Made by a program: the position numbers and the translations under genes. Positions 38,180 through 50,000 of a stretch of 64,000 nt of DNA are shown piece after piece. Numbering within the stretch: the stretch's first letter is position 1; each line of letters opens with the position of its first letter. The stretch is taken from NCBI RefSeq assembly GCF_964194155.1, contig NC_135901.1, forward strand, positions 4,898,001 through 4,962,000, in the 5' to 3' direction. The notes below the pieces were generated by a model. That model was not told the origin of the DNA, searched no databases, and saw only the letters and a program-made list of their open reading frames with translations. This DNA comes from Cetorhinus maximus (Eukaryota).

Positions 38180-39515
38180 AGTGAAGATCATTGGTGTAGA
38201 GGGTAGCACATTAGCATGGATCGAGGATTGGTTAGCTAACAGGGAACAGAGACTAAGCATAAATGGGTCTTTTTCAGATTGGCAAGATATCACGAGTGGA
38301 GTTCCACAGGGATCAGTGCTGGGCCCTCAGCCATTTACAACCTACGTTAATGATTTTGATAAGGGGACGGATGGTGTGGTTGCTAAATTTAATGACACAA
38401 AGATAGGTAGGAATGTAAGCTGTGAAGAGGACATAAGGAGGCTACAAAATTATATACATAGGTAAGGTGAATGGGCAAAGATCTGGCAAATAGAGTATAA
38501 TGTAATGAAATGTGAGGGTGTACATTTTAGCAGGAAGAATAAAAAAGAAGCATATTATCTAAATGATGAGAGATTGCAGAGCTTTGAGGTGCAGAGGGAT
38601 CTGGGTGTCCTAGTGCATGAATCACAAAAGGCTAGTATGCAGGTTCAGCAAGTAATTAGGAAAGCTAATAGAATGTTATCATTTATTGTGAGGGGAATTG
38701 AATATAAAAGTAGGGGGGTTATGCCTCAGTATACAGGGCATTGGTGAGACCACATTTGGAGTATTGTGTACAATACTGGTCTCCTTATTTAAAGAGAAAT
38801 TAAATGTGTTGGAAGCAGCTCAGATAAATTTCTTCCTGAAAAGGCAATGGATGCAGAGTCTTTGAATATTTTTAAGGCAGAAGTGGATAGATTCTTGGTA
38901 AGCAAGGGGGTGATAGGCTATCCAGAGTAGGTGGGATGCAGATTTGAAGTTACTATCAGATCAGCCAGAACCTCATTAAATGGTGGAGCAGACTCGAGAG
39001 GCTGAATGGCCTACTCCTGCTCCTTATGTTCGTAAGATTTACTAGGTAATACCTGGAATGGACGGTTTGTCTTATTAGGAAAGGTTGGACAGGTTAGGCG
39101 TGTACCTGCTGGAGTTTAGAAGAGTAAGAGGCACCTTGATTGAAACATATAAGATCCTGAGGGCTCTTGACAGGGTGGAGTTGGAGAGGATGTTTCCTCT
39201 TGTGGGAGAATCCAGAACTAGAGGTCACTGTTTTGAAATAAGGGGTCACCCATTTAAGACAGAGATGAGGAGAAAAATTTTTCTCTGAGGGTTGTGAGTC
39301 TTTGGAACTCTCTTCCTCTGAAGGCGGTGGAAGCAGAGTCTTTGAATATTTTTAAGGCAGAGTTAGACAGATTTTTGATAAGCAAAGGGGTGAAAGGTTA
39401 TCGGGGGTAGGCGGGAATGTGGAGTTGAGGTTACTATCAGGTCAGCCATGATCTTATTGAATGGCGGAGAAGGTTCGAGGGGCCGAGTGGCCTACTCCTG
39501 CTCCTAATTCTTATG
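38180..39515 (+). mobile_element. CR1 3' fragment with a short second CR1 3' end nested at about 38830-39033
   Basis: ORFs 38181-38465, 38505-38747, 39085-39288; GCAGAGTCTTTGAATATTTTTAAGGCAGA occurs twice. Confidence 0.88.
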
Positions 39516-40119
39516 AAAGATATTTACCATGTAAATAATATCCTTGATTGTACATCCCAATAACCTCCATTAAACCAATTCCCCTTTAATATTCCTGATC
39601 AACCGAGTGCAGAAACCTGGAATATGCAATGAAGAGGCTTTGTTCCATCAATCACAGCAGTGTTTACACAGGAGGCACAGTTGATCGAAATCCAGGGAAA
39701 TGCAGTCACCAGAGTCTCGGAGAGATTCCACTGGTACAGAAACTAAAGAACAGATATTTCTTATATCAGCTTTTAGTGGAAATACCACAGAAGGACGATT
39801 CAAACTCCTCATTGACCCAACAAGAAGTTATAACTTTCTTGTTCAGACAACATTGTGGTGCTGATGCTGGAGTGTATTAATATTCAGTGAGGCACTGAGA
39901 GTCAAAACCTGATGGTTCCTGTAAAATATCTCCTGTACATTCCGAGCAGACAATCTCCACCTCAGCCTCTAATCTCCTAAGCAGGTTGACTCCTTCATGA
40001 GCTATAGTTCCACAGGCACCATCCATTCTGCAGGGAAAAGGTTATTCGGGCTCTTCTGAAACCAGCTGATGTCATGCTGCTATTGATATCTCTACATAAT
40101 GCTGTGACTTTTTACTCGA

Positions 40120-40455
40120 TCATGGGATGTGGGCTTCGCTGGCTAGGGCAGCATTTATTGCCCATCCCTAGTTACCTTCGAGAAGGTGGTGGTGAGCTTC
40201 CTTCTTGAACTGCTGCAGTCCCCGGGTGTAGGTACACCCACAGTGCTGTTAGGAAGGGAGTTCCAGGATTTTGACCCAGCGACAGTGAAAGAATGGCGAT
40301 ATATTACCAAGTCAGGATGGTGAGTGGCATGGAGGGGAACTTCCAGGTGGTGGTGTTCCCATGTGTCTGCTGCCCTTATCCTTCCAGACGGTAGCGGTCA
40401 TTGGTTTGGAAGGTGCTGCCTAAGCAGGCTTGGTGAGTTCCTGCAGTGCATCCTG
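40120..40455 (-). mobile_element. L2/CR1-group LINE 3' end
   Basis: Reverse complement of the 41830-42150 tail family. Confidence 0.8.
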
Positions 40456-41384
40456 CAATAATGCTAACTTTAGCCCCTGTCTGTTAAGTAGGAATGTTTA
40501 AATCAAATTAAAAGCATCCCTGAGTATTGGAAGCAGGCTTTAGTCATTTCAGTTGCAGACAGTGATTCACTGTGGGTAGCTCTGATGATAATGAATAGCC
40601 CTTTTAATGGGACCCTCCGGCACTGCTACAAGCACAATAGGAGCTATTTCCCTTCACTCCACCCACCTCCCAGACTGAAACTGAAGGGACAACATTGTGT
40701 TTAATTCCTGTCCTGTTCCCTGTTCCGTTCACTGCTGCCTGCTCTGATGTCATGAATTAGACAATAAAGGAGCTTTCAGCAGATTGGATGAATAAGAGAA
40801 CAAAGGACCTCATTGGATACCACCTGCTGATTCTGTCAAGAATGAACCAATAGGCAGAGACATCGGATTTAACTCAACATTAACCCGCTCTTCACGAAAA
40901 CAATTTTGGGTTCAGCCCATTCTGTTCAAATCCGGCATCAACTTTCAGTAAACATGTCTTTATCTGGATGTCACGTTTCTGTTATATAATTGTCCCAGCA
41001 GTTAACAGGGTCCTGTGAACTCCTCCATCTGCAATTATAATGGAGACATTAACTGATTTATTTTCATTGGTTTTATCTTAAATTAGAATATGTCTGTCTT
41101 AAAATGATAGACTCAAGACTGTCACACAAACATGTTCAATATTCAGAGTTTAGTAACCAGTCATTTTCAAACTGGAAACTTAAACCTGCCATTTCACTTT
41201 AAGTCAGGAACAGATCACAGTTTTACACCAATCTCTGATTTGACAACACGTTTCCAGCATTCACCATTGTTCTTCCTGACTCTAAACCCAGTTGTAAAGG
41301 AGCCTTCTGTTCCGTGTCTAGGAGCTCTGAACCATGGAAGACAGTGGCTGGGACGCATTTCTTACACATCTCAAGATTCACCCA

Positions 41385-42287
41385 CATGGGGACTTTGGTC
41401 TTTCGCATCTCTCTTCACTGACACCAAAGTGCTGTTTGTCCCTCTGAGTGTTACCCTGACGGACTGCGTCCAGGCTGAAGTTCTGTTCCAGCCACGTGAT
41501 CCTCCCTGCAGATTGTCCTTTCTGAGCTCCAGCCAGGTGATATTAAACACTCAGGTGGGAAAGACAAAAATCTACAACAATATATTTAAAACAAAGCTGA
41601 TTTATTTGACATTTATCCAGAATATTAAACTCCAGCACATGTCAGAAATGTGATGGAATACTCCCCACTTGCCTGGATGAGTGCAGCTCCCACAACACTC
41701 AGGAAGCTTTATACCATCCAGGACAAAGCAGCTGGCTTGATTGGCACACCTTCCACAAACACTCACTTCCTCCACCACCGACGCACAGTAGCAGTAGTGT
41801 GTAAAATCTACAAGATGTACTGCAAGAACACATGAAGCCTCCTTAGACAGCACTTTTCAAACCCTCGACCACTACCATCTAAAAGAACAAGGAGAGCCGA
41901 CACATGGGAACACCACCATCTGGAAGTTCCCCTCAAAGCCACTCACCATCCTGACTTGGTAATATATCGCCATTCCTTCACTGTTGCTGGGTCAAAATCC
42001 TGGAATTCCCTTCCTAACAGCACTGTGAGTGTACCTACACCACCTGGACTGCAGCAGTTCAAGGCGGCAGCTGCTCACCATCCTTCTCAAGGGCAATTAG
42101 GGAAGGGCAAGAAATGCTGGCCCAGCCAGCAATGCCTGCATCTCATGAACAAATACTTTTAAAATGGCCAATTATAGGGGCATAAACATAAGAAATAAAC
42201 CCCAAATGCCAGAACGTACATGGTTCAGTTCTGGATGTGATTAACAGCAGCAATAACAGTGGAATCCGACCTCCTCAATCATTTGTG
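41385..42287 (-). pseudogene. Orphan ZNF 3' end (last codons CAC AAA TGA plus family 3'UTR and polyA signal)
   Basis: TCATTTGTG at 42279-42287; family 3'UTR motif at 42210-42265; AATAAA module at about 41595-41635. Confidence 0.75.
41645..42160 (+). mobile_element. L2/CR1-group LINE 3' end inserted in an orphan ZNF 3'UTR
   Basis: ORF 41650-41835 MEYSPLAWMSAAPTTLRKL. Confidence 0.85.
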
Positions 42288-42490
42288 AGAATCTGGAGAG
42301 GAGAAAAGAATGAGAAGGAGTTTGGACACTGAATCTGGAACAAAACGCAGAAAGGGAGAGGAGTGTGTGGGACAGAGATTTATAGATTTGAGGGAAATAA
42401 AGGGGAAAATATTCCATAGAAACTAGGATTATCTGTTCTGAATTTCCATCCTGTGCTTACAATGATAACTTCTGTAAACTCCTTTTACAG

Positions 42491-43658
42491 GGGTTTAGAA
42501 TGGGAGGAGTTCCAGCCAAGAAAGTCATCACAAACACCATGTCGAGATCTGACAATCACTCAATTCATCAGGACCTGAGTATCATCGGCCTTTAAATGTG
42601 GAAGGAGAAATGTTTCTCTGCTCTGTCTGTGCGGAAAGATTTCAAACACCACTGTCACCTGAAAAGCATTGAGAAGCACACAACCGAGTGAGAGTGTTCC
42701 AGTGCCCTGACTGTGGAAAGAGCTTTCACCAGTTACAAAGCCTGAAAAAAGATCATATCATTCACAGTGAAGAGAAACCGTACACGTGTTCTGTGTGTAG
42801 ATGATATTTTAACTTATCATCCAACAGAAAGAGACACAAGGACTTCCAAATCCTGGAGAAACTGTGGAAATGTGGGATCTGTGGGAAGGGATTCAATTAC
42901 CCATCTGAATTGGATATTCATCAATACAGTAACATTGGAGAGAAGTGTTCACCTGTTCCGAGTGTGGGAAGGGATTCATTCAGTCAGCCCACCTTTTGAC
43001 ACACTGAATCCAGACCTCTCAAATGTTTTGAATGTGAGCAGTGATTTAAAAATCAAAAGAATCTGCTGAGATACCAGTGCATTCACACTGGGAGAGGCCG
43101 TTCACCTGCTGTGTGTGGGGAGAGGGATTCACTAATTCATTCAACTTGCTGAAACACCAGTGAGTCCACACTGGGGAGAGACCTTTTAAATGCTCTGTCT
43201 GCAGGAAATGCTTTAAAAGTTCTGAGGAATTGTCAGGTCATCAACGTGTTCACAGTGAGGAGAGACCGTTCATGTGCTCTCACTGTGGGACTCAGTTCAG
43301 GCGATCATCTCATCTCACTGAACACCAGCATATTCACACTGGGGAGAGGTTGTTCACCTGCTCTGAGAGTGGCAAGGGATTCGCTTCTTCATCCAACCTG
43401 CTGAGACACCAGCTTATTCACTCTGATATGGAACTTGTTAACGTCTGTCAGGAGAAAGTTAAATATAGCATTGATCTCACGAGACAAAAACAGAGTTACA
43501 GTGGAGAGAATACATTCATCTACTCCGAATTAGGAAGGAATTCACTTGGTCACAACACCTGCAGACACATGAACACACACTGGGGAGGCCTTTTACCTGC
43601 TGTTTGTGGGTAGGGATTCATTCAGACATCCCCCCTTCTGAAGCATATTCACAAGTGA
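42491..43658 (+). pseudogene. C2H2 zinc-finger locus 8, decayed
   Basis: Acceptor TTTTACAG at 42490, leader, finger remnants with stops and frameshifts (ORF 43230-43613). Confidence 0.88.
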
Positions 43659-45240
43659 CTGCACAGGTTGGATTGTGCTGTTATCACTGCCATTAATCAC
43701 ACCAGGTCTGAACTTGAGGGTTAGCCCTGGGGTGTCTGAGAATTGTATCCCAGCCACTCTCTTCCAATGCTTCAGAGCTCCTAGACACGCAACAGAAGGC
43801 TCCTTTACAACTGGATTCAGAGTCAGGAAGAACAACGGTGAATGCTGGAAATGTCAAATCAGAAATTGGTGTAAAACTGTGATCTGTTCCTGACTGAAAG
43901 TGAAATGGCAGGTTTAAGTTTCCAATCTGAAAATGATTGTGATATTTATGGTGCGAGGATTTAAAATGTTTGTGTGACATTCCTGAGTTTACCAATGTAA
44001 GGCAATAACAAGAATTTGCCTTTCTGTGTGGAACCTTGAACCTCTCTTACCTTCCATTGACTTCAAAATAATGGAAACTGACTGTTGGAATCTGTCAGCA
44101 TTTGAAAGATATTTACAAATGATTTGAGGGTTTCTTACAGTTGGGATCTTTCTCTGTTCTGTCCACGCAAGGTGTTAGATAACAGACTTTCTCCTGTGAA
44201 TATCGAGCTGGAGTATTGGGCGGTGATGTGTTTCCTTGTTCATCTTGCTGATTCTAAATATTGAATCTTGTAGTTTCAGACACCAGATAATCAAGCTCAC
44301 AATAATAGATTGTCTTTTCTTGTCTTTATTAACAGCACTGCAATCATACAGAGTAATTCCTTACATAGTTCCGGTTCTCAATGAAGTAATTATAAATGTC
44401 ATCATTTATATACTTCATAGCCTGTAATATAGGAATGGTGTATTGGTCTGTAATTTGAATATAATTTTAATTCAATATTCCTTCTCTGAGTATCCCGTCC
44501 ATCACTTCCCTGTTACCTGCTGCATTTGTTTGTCTATTGTTATTACCACATGATTGTCACGTTTCCATGTTTTTAACTTGAGTTCTGAGGAAATGTATGA
44601 ATTTTATGATGTAAGTTACACAGCAATTCAGCCTTTGGGCTGCAAATGCATTTCTTGAATAAAATTCCATGATACTAAAAAAAATAGTTCTCCAATCTGC
44701 AGAACATTGATAATACAGTGGATTCAGAGCTCCCTTCTCCCCAACTGTGATCTAACAAGCTGCAGCTACACTGGAGATAACTATATTTAACTTGTTCACT
44801 ACATTGTTGATCTGACCCTGCTCAAAGCATAACCATAAGGGTATCTATGCATTGTTCTGAGTGTAAGCACAAGGCTGTTCACTATCACACAGAGATACTG
44901 TTTCCTTGGTTCACATCTCTATACAAAGTCCAGCTCTTTACACATCCCCTTTCTACACAATTGCAGCAGACATGAGCAAGGATGTGAGGCTCATCAATAT
45001 TCACCCACATTTCATAACAGCAAAGGTTCCACTGGGACAAAGGTCCAGTCATTTTCTATTACAGGCAAAATACAGAGCGCACAGAGTTTAACAGAGTCTC
45101 ATCAGCCTGCAGGCTCCTGTTAAATACAGAGCGATACAGGAACACACTGACAGCCTAACAGAGTCTCGTCAGCCTGCAGGCTCCTGTAAAAATATATTTA
45201 CTAAACGGATTTCAATTTAAACCAAGTTTACAGACTTGAT

Positions 45241-45344
45241 ACAAAAACAAAAATTGCTGGAAAACTTAGCAGGTCTGACAGCACCTGTGGAGGGAAAGAC
45301 AGAGTTAATGTTTTGAGTCCATACGACTCTTCTTCAGAACAGAC
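45241..45344 (-). mobile_element. 104-bp Penelope pLTR insertion starting at a degenerate hammerhead
   Basis: GTT-CTGAAGA-A-GAGTC-gtatg-GACTC-AAAAC-ATT-AAC; TSD TTTA(C/T)AGACTTGAT at 45227-45240 and 45345-45358. Confidence 0.75.
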
Positions 45345-46047
45345 TTTATAGACTTGATGCTCTATTCACACATCAAAGGTGAGAGAGATGCTGTGGGACA
45401 CACGTAAGTCCAGGAGCTGAAAGTGATTCACAGGCTGGGTTTTGTGTTCAGTGATCCTGGGTGTGTTACCGGTACCTTACCTGGATCTCAAGGCTAGGAG
45501 AGACACTCTGGAAGGTATGAGGAGCAGGGACTTGTCCCTAAGAGTAACTGAAGTTTTGAGAACTGAAATAATCTAGAGTTAGAAAGGAGAAAAGGCCCCA
45601 AAAATGAAGCAATTGGCAACAGGACATTCATTAATCTCCTTTTATATTGGAGAAATATGGAACACAACACTCTATGCATTTCCACGAAATCAGATTATCT
45701 CACATTCATCCAGAATATTAGTAAGCTCTATAATAGGGTTGGAGTTTAACATCAGCAATAACAAACAAACACAGCTCACCACCACCTTCTTGAGGGCAAC
45801 TAGGGATGGACAATAGATGCTGGCCCGGCCAGCGAAGTCCACATTCTGTGAATGAATTTTTAAACAATGATTAACAGCAGAATCCCACCCCTGTAATCAC
45901 ATGTGAATTTGCTGTCACCTCGCCAGGTGTTGTGACTGAGGGAATCCCTTCCCACACACAGAGCAGGTGAACAGCCTCTACCCACCATGAGTGCGTTGGT
46001 GCATCTGCATCTCACTCATCCTTCTCACATTCACAATATTTAAAAGG

Positions 46048-46560
46048 TCATTTATTGGTGTGAACACGTTGATGTGAAGTGAGGGTGCTTAACCGAGTGA
46101 ATCCCTTTCCACACATAGAGCAAATGAATGGCCTCTCTCCAGTGTGAACTCGCTGGTGCCTCAGCAAGGTGGATGACTGAATGAATCCATTCCCACACAT
46201 GGAGCAGGTGAATGGCCTTTTTCCAATGTGAGTCTGCTGGTGCCTCATCAGGGTGGATGACTGAGTGAATCCTTTCCCAAACACGGAGCAGATGTACGGC
46301 CTTTCTCCAGTGTGTGTGTGTTGGTGTTGCATCAGGTGGTTTCTGCTTTTAAAGCTCTTCTCACAGTCAGAACATTTTAAAGGTCTCTTGTTGGAGTGAG
46401 CGCGCTGATGCGACAGCAGGTTTTGTGACTGAATGAAACCTTTTCCGCACACAGAGCAGGTGAACGGCCTCTCCCCAGTGTGACTGCGCCTATGAATTTC
46501 GAGATGGGATGGGTAATTGAATCCTTTCCCACAGTCCTCACATTTCCACAGTTTCTCCAT
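46048..46560 (-). CDS. C2H2 zinc-finger protein, 6 fingers (one CxxF) (locus 9); decayed fingers continue to about 45897
   Basis: ORF MEKLWKCEDCGKGF..., ACCATGG start. Confidence 0.8.
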   Translation of the reverse strand: MEKLWKCEDCGKGFNYPSHLEIHRRSHTGERPFTCSVCGKGFIQSQNLLSHQRAHSNKRPLKCSDCEKSFKSRNHLMQHQHTHTGERPYICSVFGKGFTQSSTLMRHQQTHIGKRPFTCSMCGNGFIQSSTLLRHQRVHTGERPFICSMCGKGFTRLSTLTSHQRVHTNK

Positions 46561-47064
46561 GGTGTGGGTGCCCTTGTGTCTCTCCAGGTTGGATGATCAT
46601 TTGAAGTCTCATCTGCATGCAGGTCATGTGTGTGGTTTCGCCCCACTGTGAATGGTGAGATGTTTTTTCAGCTGTGCAACTGGTTAAAGCTCTTTCCAAG
46701 TTCAATGCACTGGAACACTCTCACTGTGTGTGACTTGGTGGTTTTCCAGTCATTCTGATGGTTTAAATCTTTTCCAACAGACAACAAATATTTCACCTTC
46801 CAAACTCAAAGGCCAATGATACTCAAGTCCTGATGAACAGAGTGACTCTTAAATTTTGATTTGAAGCTTGGTTTGAGTTCCCTGTCTGTAAATCCTCCCT
46901 TTCTAATGCACCTTTACAAAAGTCATTGCTGTGAGCACGGGATACCCTGTAAAAGGAGATTGCCAAAGTCATCACTATCAGCCCAGGATAGAAATTCAAA
47001 ACACACGATTCTAGTTTCTATGGCACATTTTTTTCTTCTCTTGTTCCCCCAAATCCGTAAATCC

Positions 47065-50000
47065 CGTCCCACACACTCTCCCTCCTCCCTGGGCTGAAAT
47101 CCAAACCTATCTCACCATCTCCACCATTTCTTTCCTCCACTCCCAGTTTTCTCCCTCCCTCTCCTCTGCCTGGGTTCAGTTCTCCAGCTCCTGTCTGCAA
47201 ACTGACAATAAAATCAATGAGTCTTATTGGGGGTTTGGGGCCTCCAGCGGGTGTTTCTGAATCCTCCCCGCCCACCTCCCAGGGTTTCCTTCCTTCCCAC
47301 AGATCAGATCCTCATTGATTTGAGCCCAAAGTGTAACCTCTTATTTATTGTCCCCCCTCCCCCATCCTCTGATGTGAACCATCCTCCACTCGCTGAGCCA
47401 GGATGGCGGCCGTTAACCTGGGCCTGTTCCCGGGAGGGAGAAGCCCCGCAGCTGCAAACCAGGAGCTGACAATTATTCCTCAGGGTTTGCGGATCAACAA
47501 AGTGTTTCCAAATCCTCCCCGTCCAGCCGCCGGCTCCATCGCTCCCTCCCCCCCCCGGGCCTGTCACCGCGGGGTAAACACGGGGCCTGGGGCCTACCCC
47601 AGAAGTTGCTCCAGTTCCCACTCCAGCCGCGGTTTCCATTCCTACCCTGTGCTCACAATCTCCTCCCGCCTCCCGAACCGTCCGCTCCTCCTCACTGTCA
47701 CCATGACTGACACTGAGCATGCTCAGAGCGCACACCCACACTGCACCTGCGCACTGGACTCCTACAATCATTGATAGGGGACTTTGCACAGTGAGGGGCA
47801 TTCTGGGTAAATAATCCGCCATTGAATTGGCAACTCATGTTTCAATGTGTCGGCTTCCCAATCGAGTTCGGGACCCGGGCGCGACACACAAAATATATAC
47901 TTAAAGTGTGTAGATACCCAAATGTCTGGACCTTCCTCCCTGATGCAATCTGTGCAATTCTCCCCCACCTCCAAATGAAATTTCATATTGGAAAAATGTC
48001 GAAGGTTGAAATTCACAAAGATCAGTGCTGGTACAAACTCGTGGAAACAACCTGCTGAGTTTCCATCACTTTTTAAAAAAATTTCCGATCTCCAGTATCC
48101 ACAGTGTTTTGCTTTTGTTTCACTGCTGGTACCTCTGTAAAGAAATATAAGCTGAAAAGCTCAGATGGGGTAGATGGAATGGAATGTGTCTTTTTTGAAA
48201 TATAAACACCAGCAGATTAGTTGAACAGAATGCACTGTTTCTGGACTCCATATTCTCCGTAATTCAATGTGATCTCCTATTTGCTCCTGATCACCATGTT
48301 GCACATCCACCACTTGTACTGCACATGCTCAGAGAACAACCTGAGTAATCGCACTGGGCTCCTGTAGTCATTGATGGGGCACATTCTGGCACATGGAAAA
48401 CTATGGATTGTAACAGTGTCAGTTAAAGTCCAATTAGTGAAAAAAATTTTATCACCACATCGAGACTGGACCTGTTTCTGTAATGTTATTCCAAGGGATA
48501 GCCATTAATTAATGCTCGAGTCCATACAGGAGGTGATTTAATACTTGGGGCCACAAAAGCCCCCATCCCTACCATAAACTCTGTTCCTCATCACCGACTC
48601 CAGCCCCCTCCCTTACCACAGTCTGAGGTTGAAGCAGACTAATAGCAACCTTAGTTTCCTATTTGAGCCTGAGCTGAGGGCTAAGCTACTGACAACGTGT
48701 CTTCTCCATCACTAAGATCACCTCCTTCCACCTCTGTAATATCGGTTGTCCCCATCCTGCTGAAGCCCATTTCCTGCTGAAATCCTCGTCCATGCCTTTG
48801 TTGCCTCCAGATTCGACTATCCAATGCTCTCGTGGCTGGTGTCCCATCTTCCACCCTCCATAAAGGAATGCTCATTCAAAACTCTTCTGTGGACAGCAGT
48901 TTAGTGGGAATAGGGTCAATAGAACAGAAGGTGGGTCTCATGGACAAGATGAGTTCTTGAGAGGATAAGGGGGGATCGGAGAGAAACTAAAGAAAGATGA
49001 GTTCAGAGCTAGAGCCGGGCAGATCTTTAGAGGAAGTTGGGCCCGATGGTCAAGTGGAAAGGAGGGAAGCAGCAGAGGCAGCTGGTCAGATTGTCTCAAC
49101 CTTAGAGACAAGGAAATCTGTGAGCTCCTCACACTTTCTGTTTGAAGTGAGTGTGGAGGAGACAGTGGAGAGGGAAAGCCTTTCAAAAGGAACTAATTTG
49201 TGTTAGAGATATTAAAGTGACTCGTCACACTGTGTGTTTAACATAAAGCTGATTTATTTTACTTTTACCTAGAATATTAACACCTATTACTGGACTAGGT
49301 TTTATTAACATTTGCAGAAACAGATCCCAATGCTATTTTCATTTTGAGACAAGTGAGGGGGAAATATTGGGGAGGTCAATGCAACACGAAGATTGTATTC
49401 ATTGATCTGGAGAAGGCTTATGACCAGGTGCCCAGGGAGGAAGTCTGGAGATGTGTTAGAATTCATGAAGTCCCTGAGAAGTATGTATGACTATTACAGG
49501 ACATGACCAAGGAGTTCCAGACAAGAGTAAGAAGCTGTGTGGGAGAGAGTGAGTTTTTCAAAATCAAAGTTGGATTGCACCAAGGATCGACACGGAATCC
49601 CTTCCTCTTCCTGATTCGCATGTTGTAACTGTGAGAGGGAGTGAAATTTACAGATGACACTGAGCTATGATGAGAACATGACTGAGTATCTGGGGAACTG
49701 GAGAAAAGCGCAGGTATGAAGATTAGTTTTTTTTTATTCTTTCATGAAATGCGGAGTCACTGATAAGACCAGCATTTGTTGCCCATCCCTAACTGCCCTT
49801 GAACTGACTGACTTGTTAGGCCATTGCTGGGGGCAGTTAAGAGTCGACTACATTGCTGTGGGTCTGGAGTTACGTGTAGGCCAGACTGGATGAGGACGGC
49901 CGATTTCGTTCCCTAAAAGGAAGAAAATCCTTCCTTCACTAGTGAACCAAAGACCCAATTCATGGACTGTCGGTTTGAGCCTAGGGAAGAGAATCAGAGT

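Noticed and set aside
41132-41653. 173-aa ORF with similar ORFs at 43693-43995 and 58134-58424 as a novel protein family
   Set aside because: Antisense to duplicated ZNF 3' regions; frames not preserved between copies
47304-47822. GC-rich ORFs in CpG islands as N-terminal effector exons
   Set aside because: No recognisable domain; indels between the two arms change the frame
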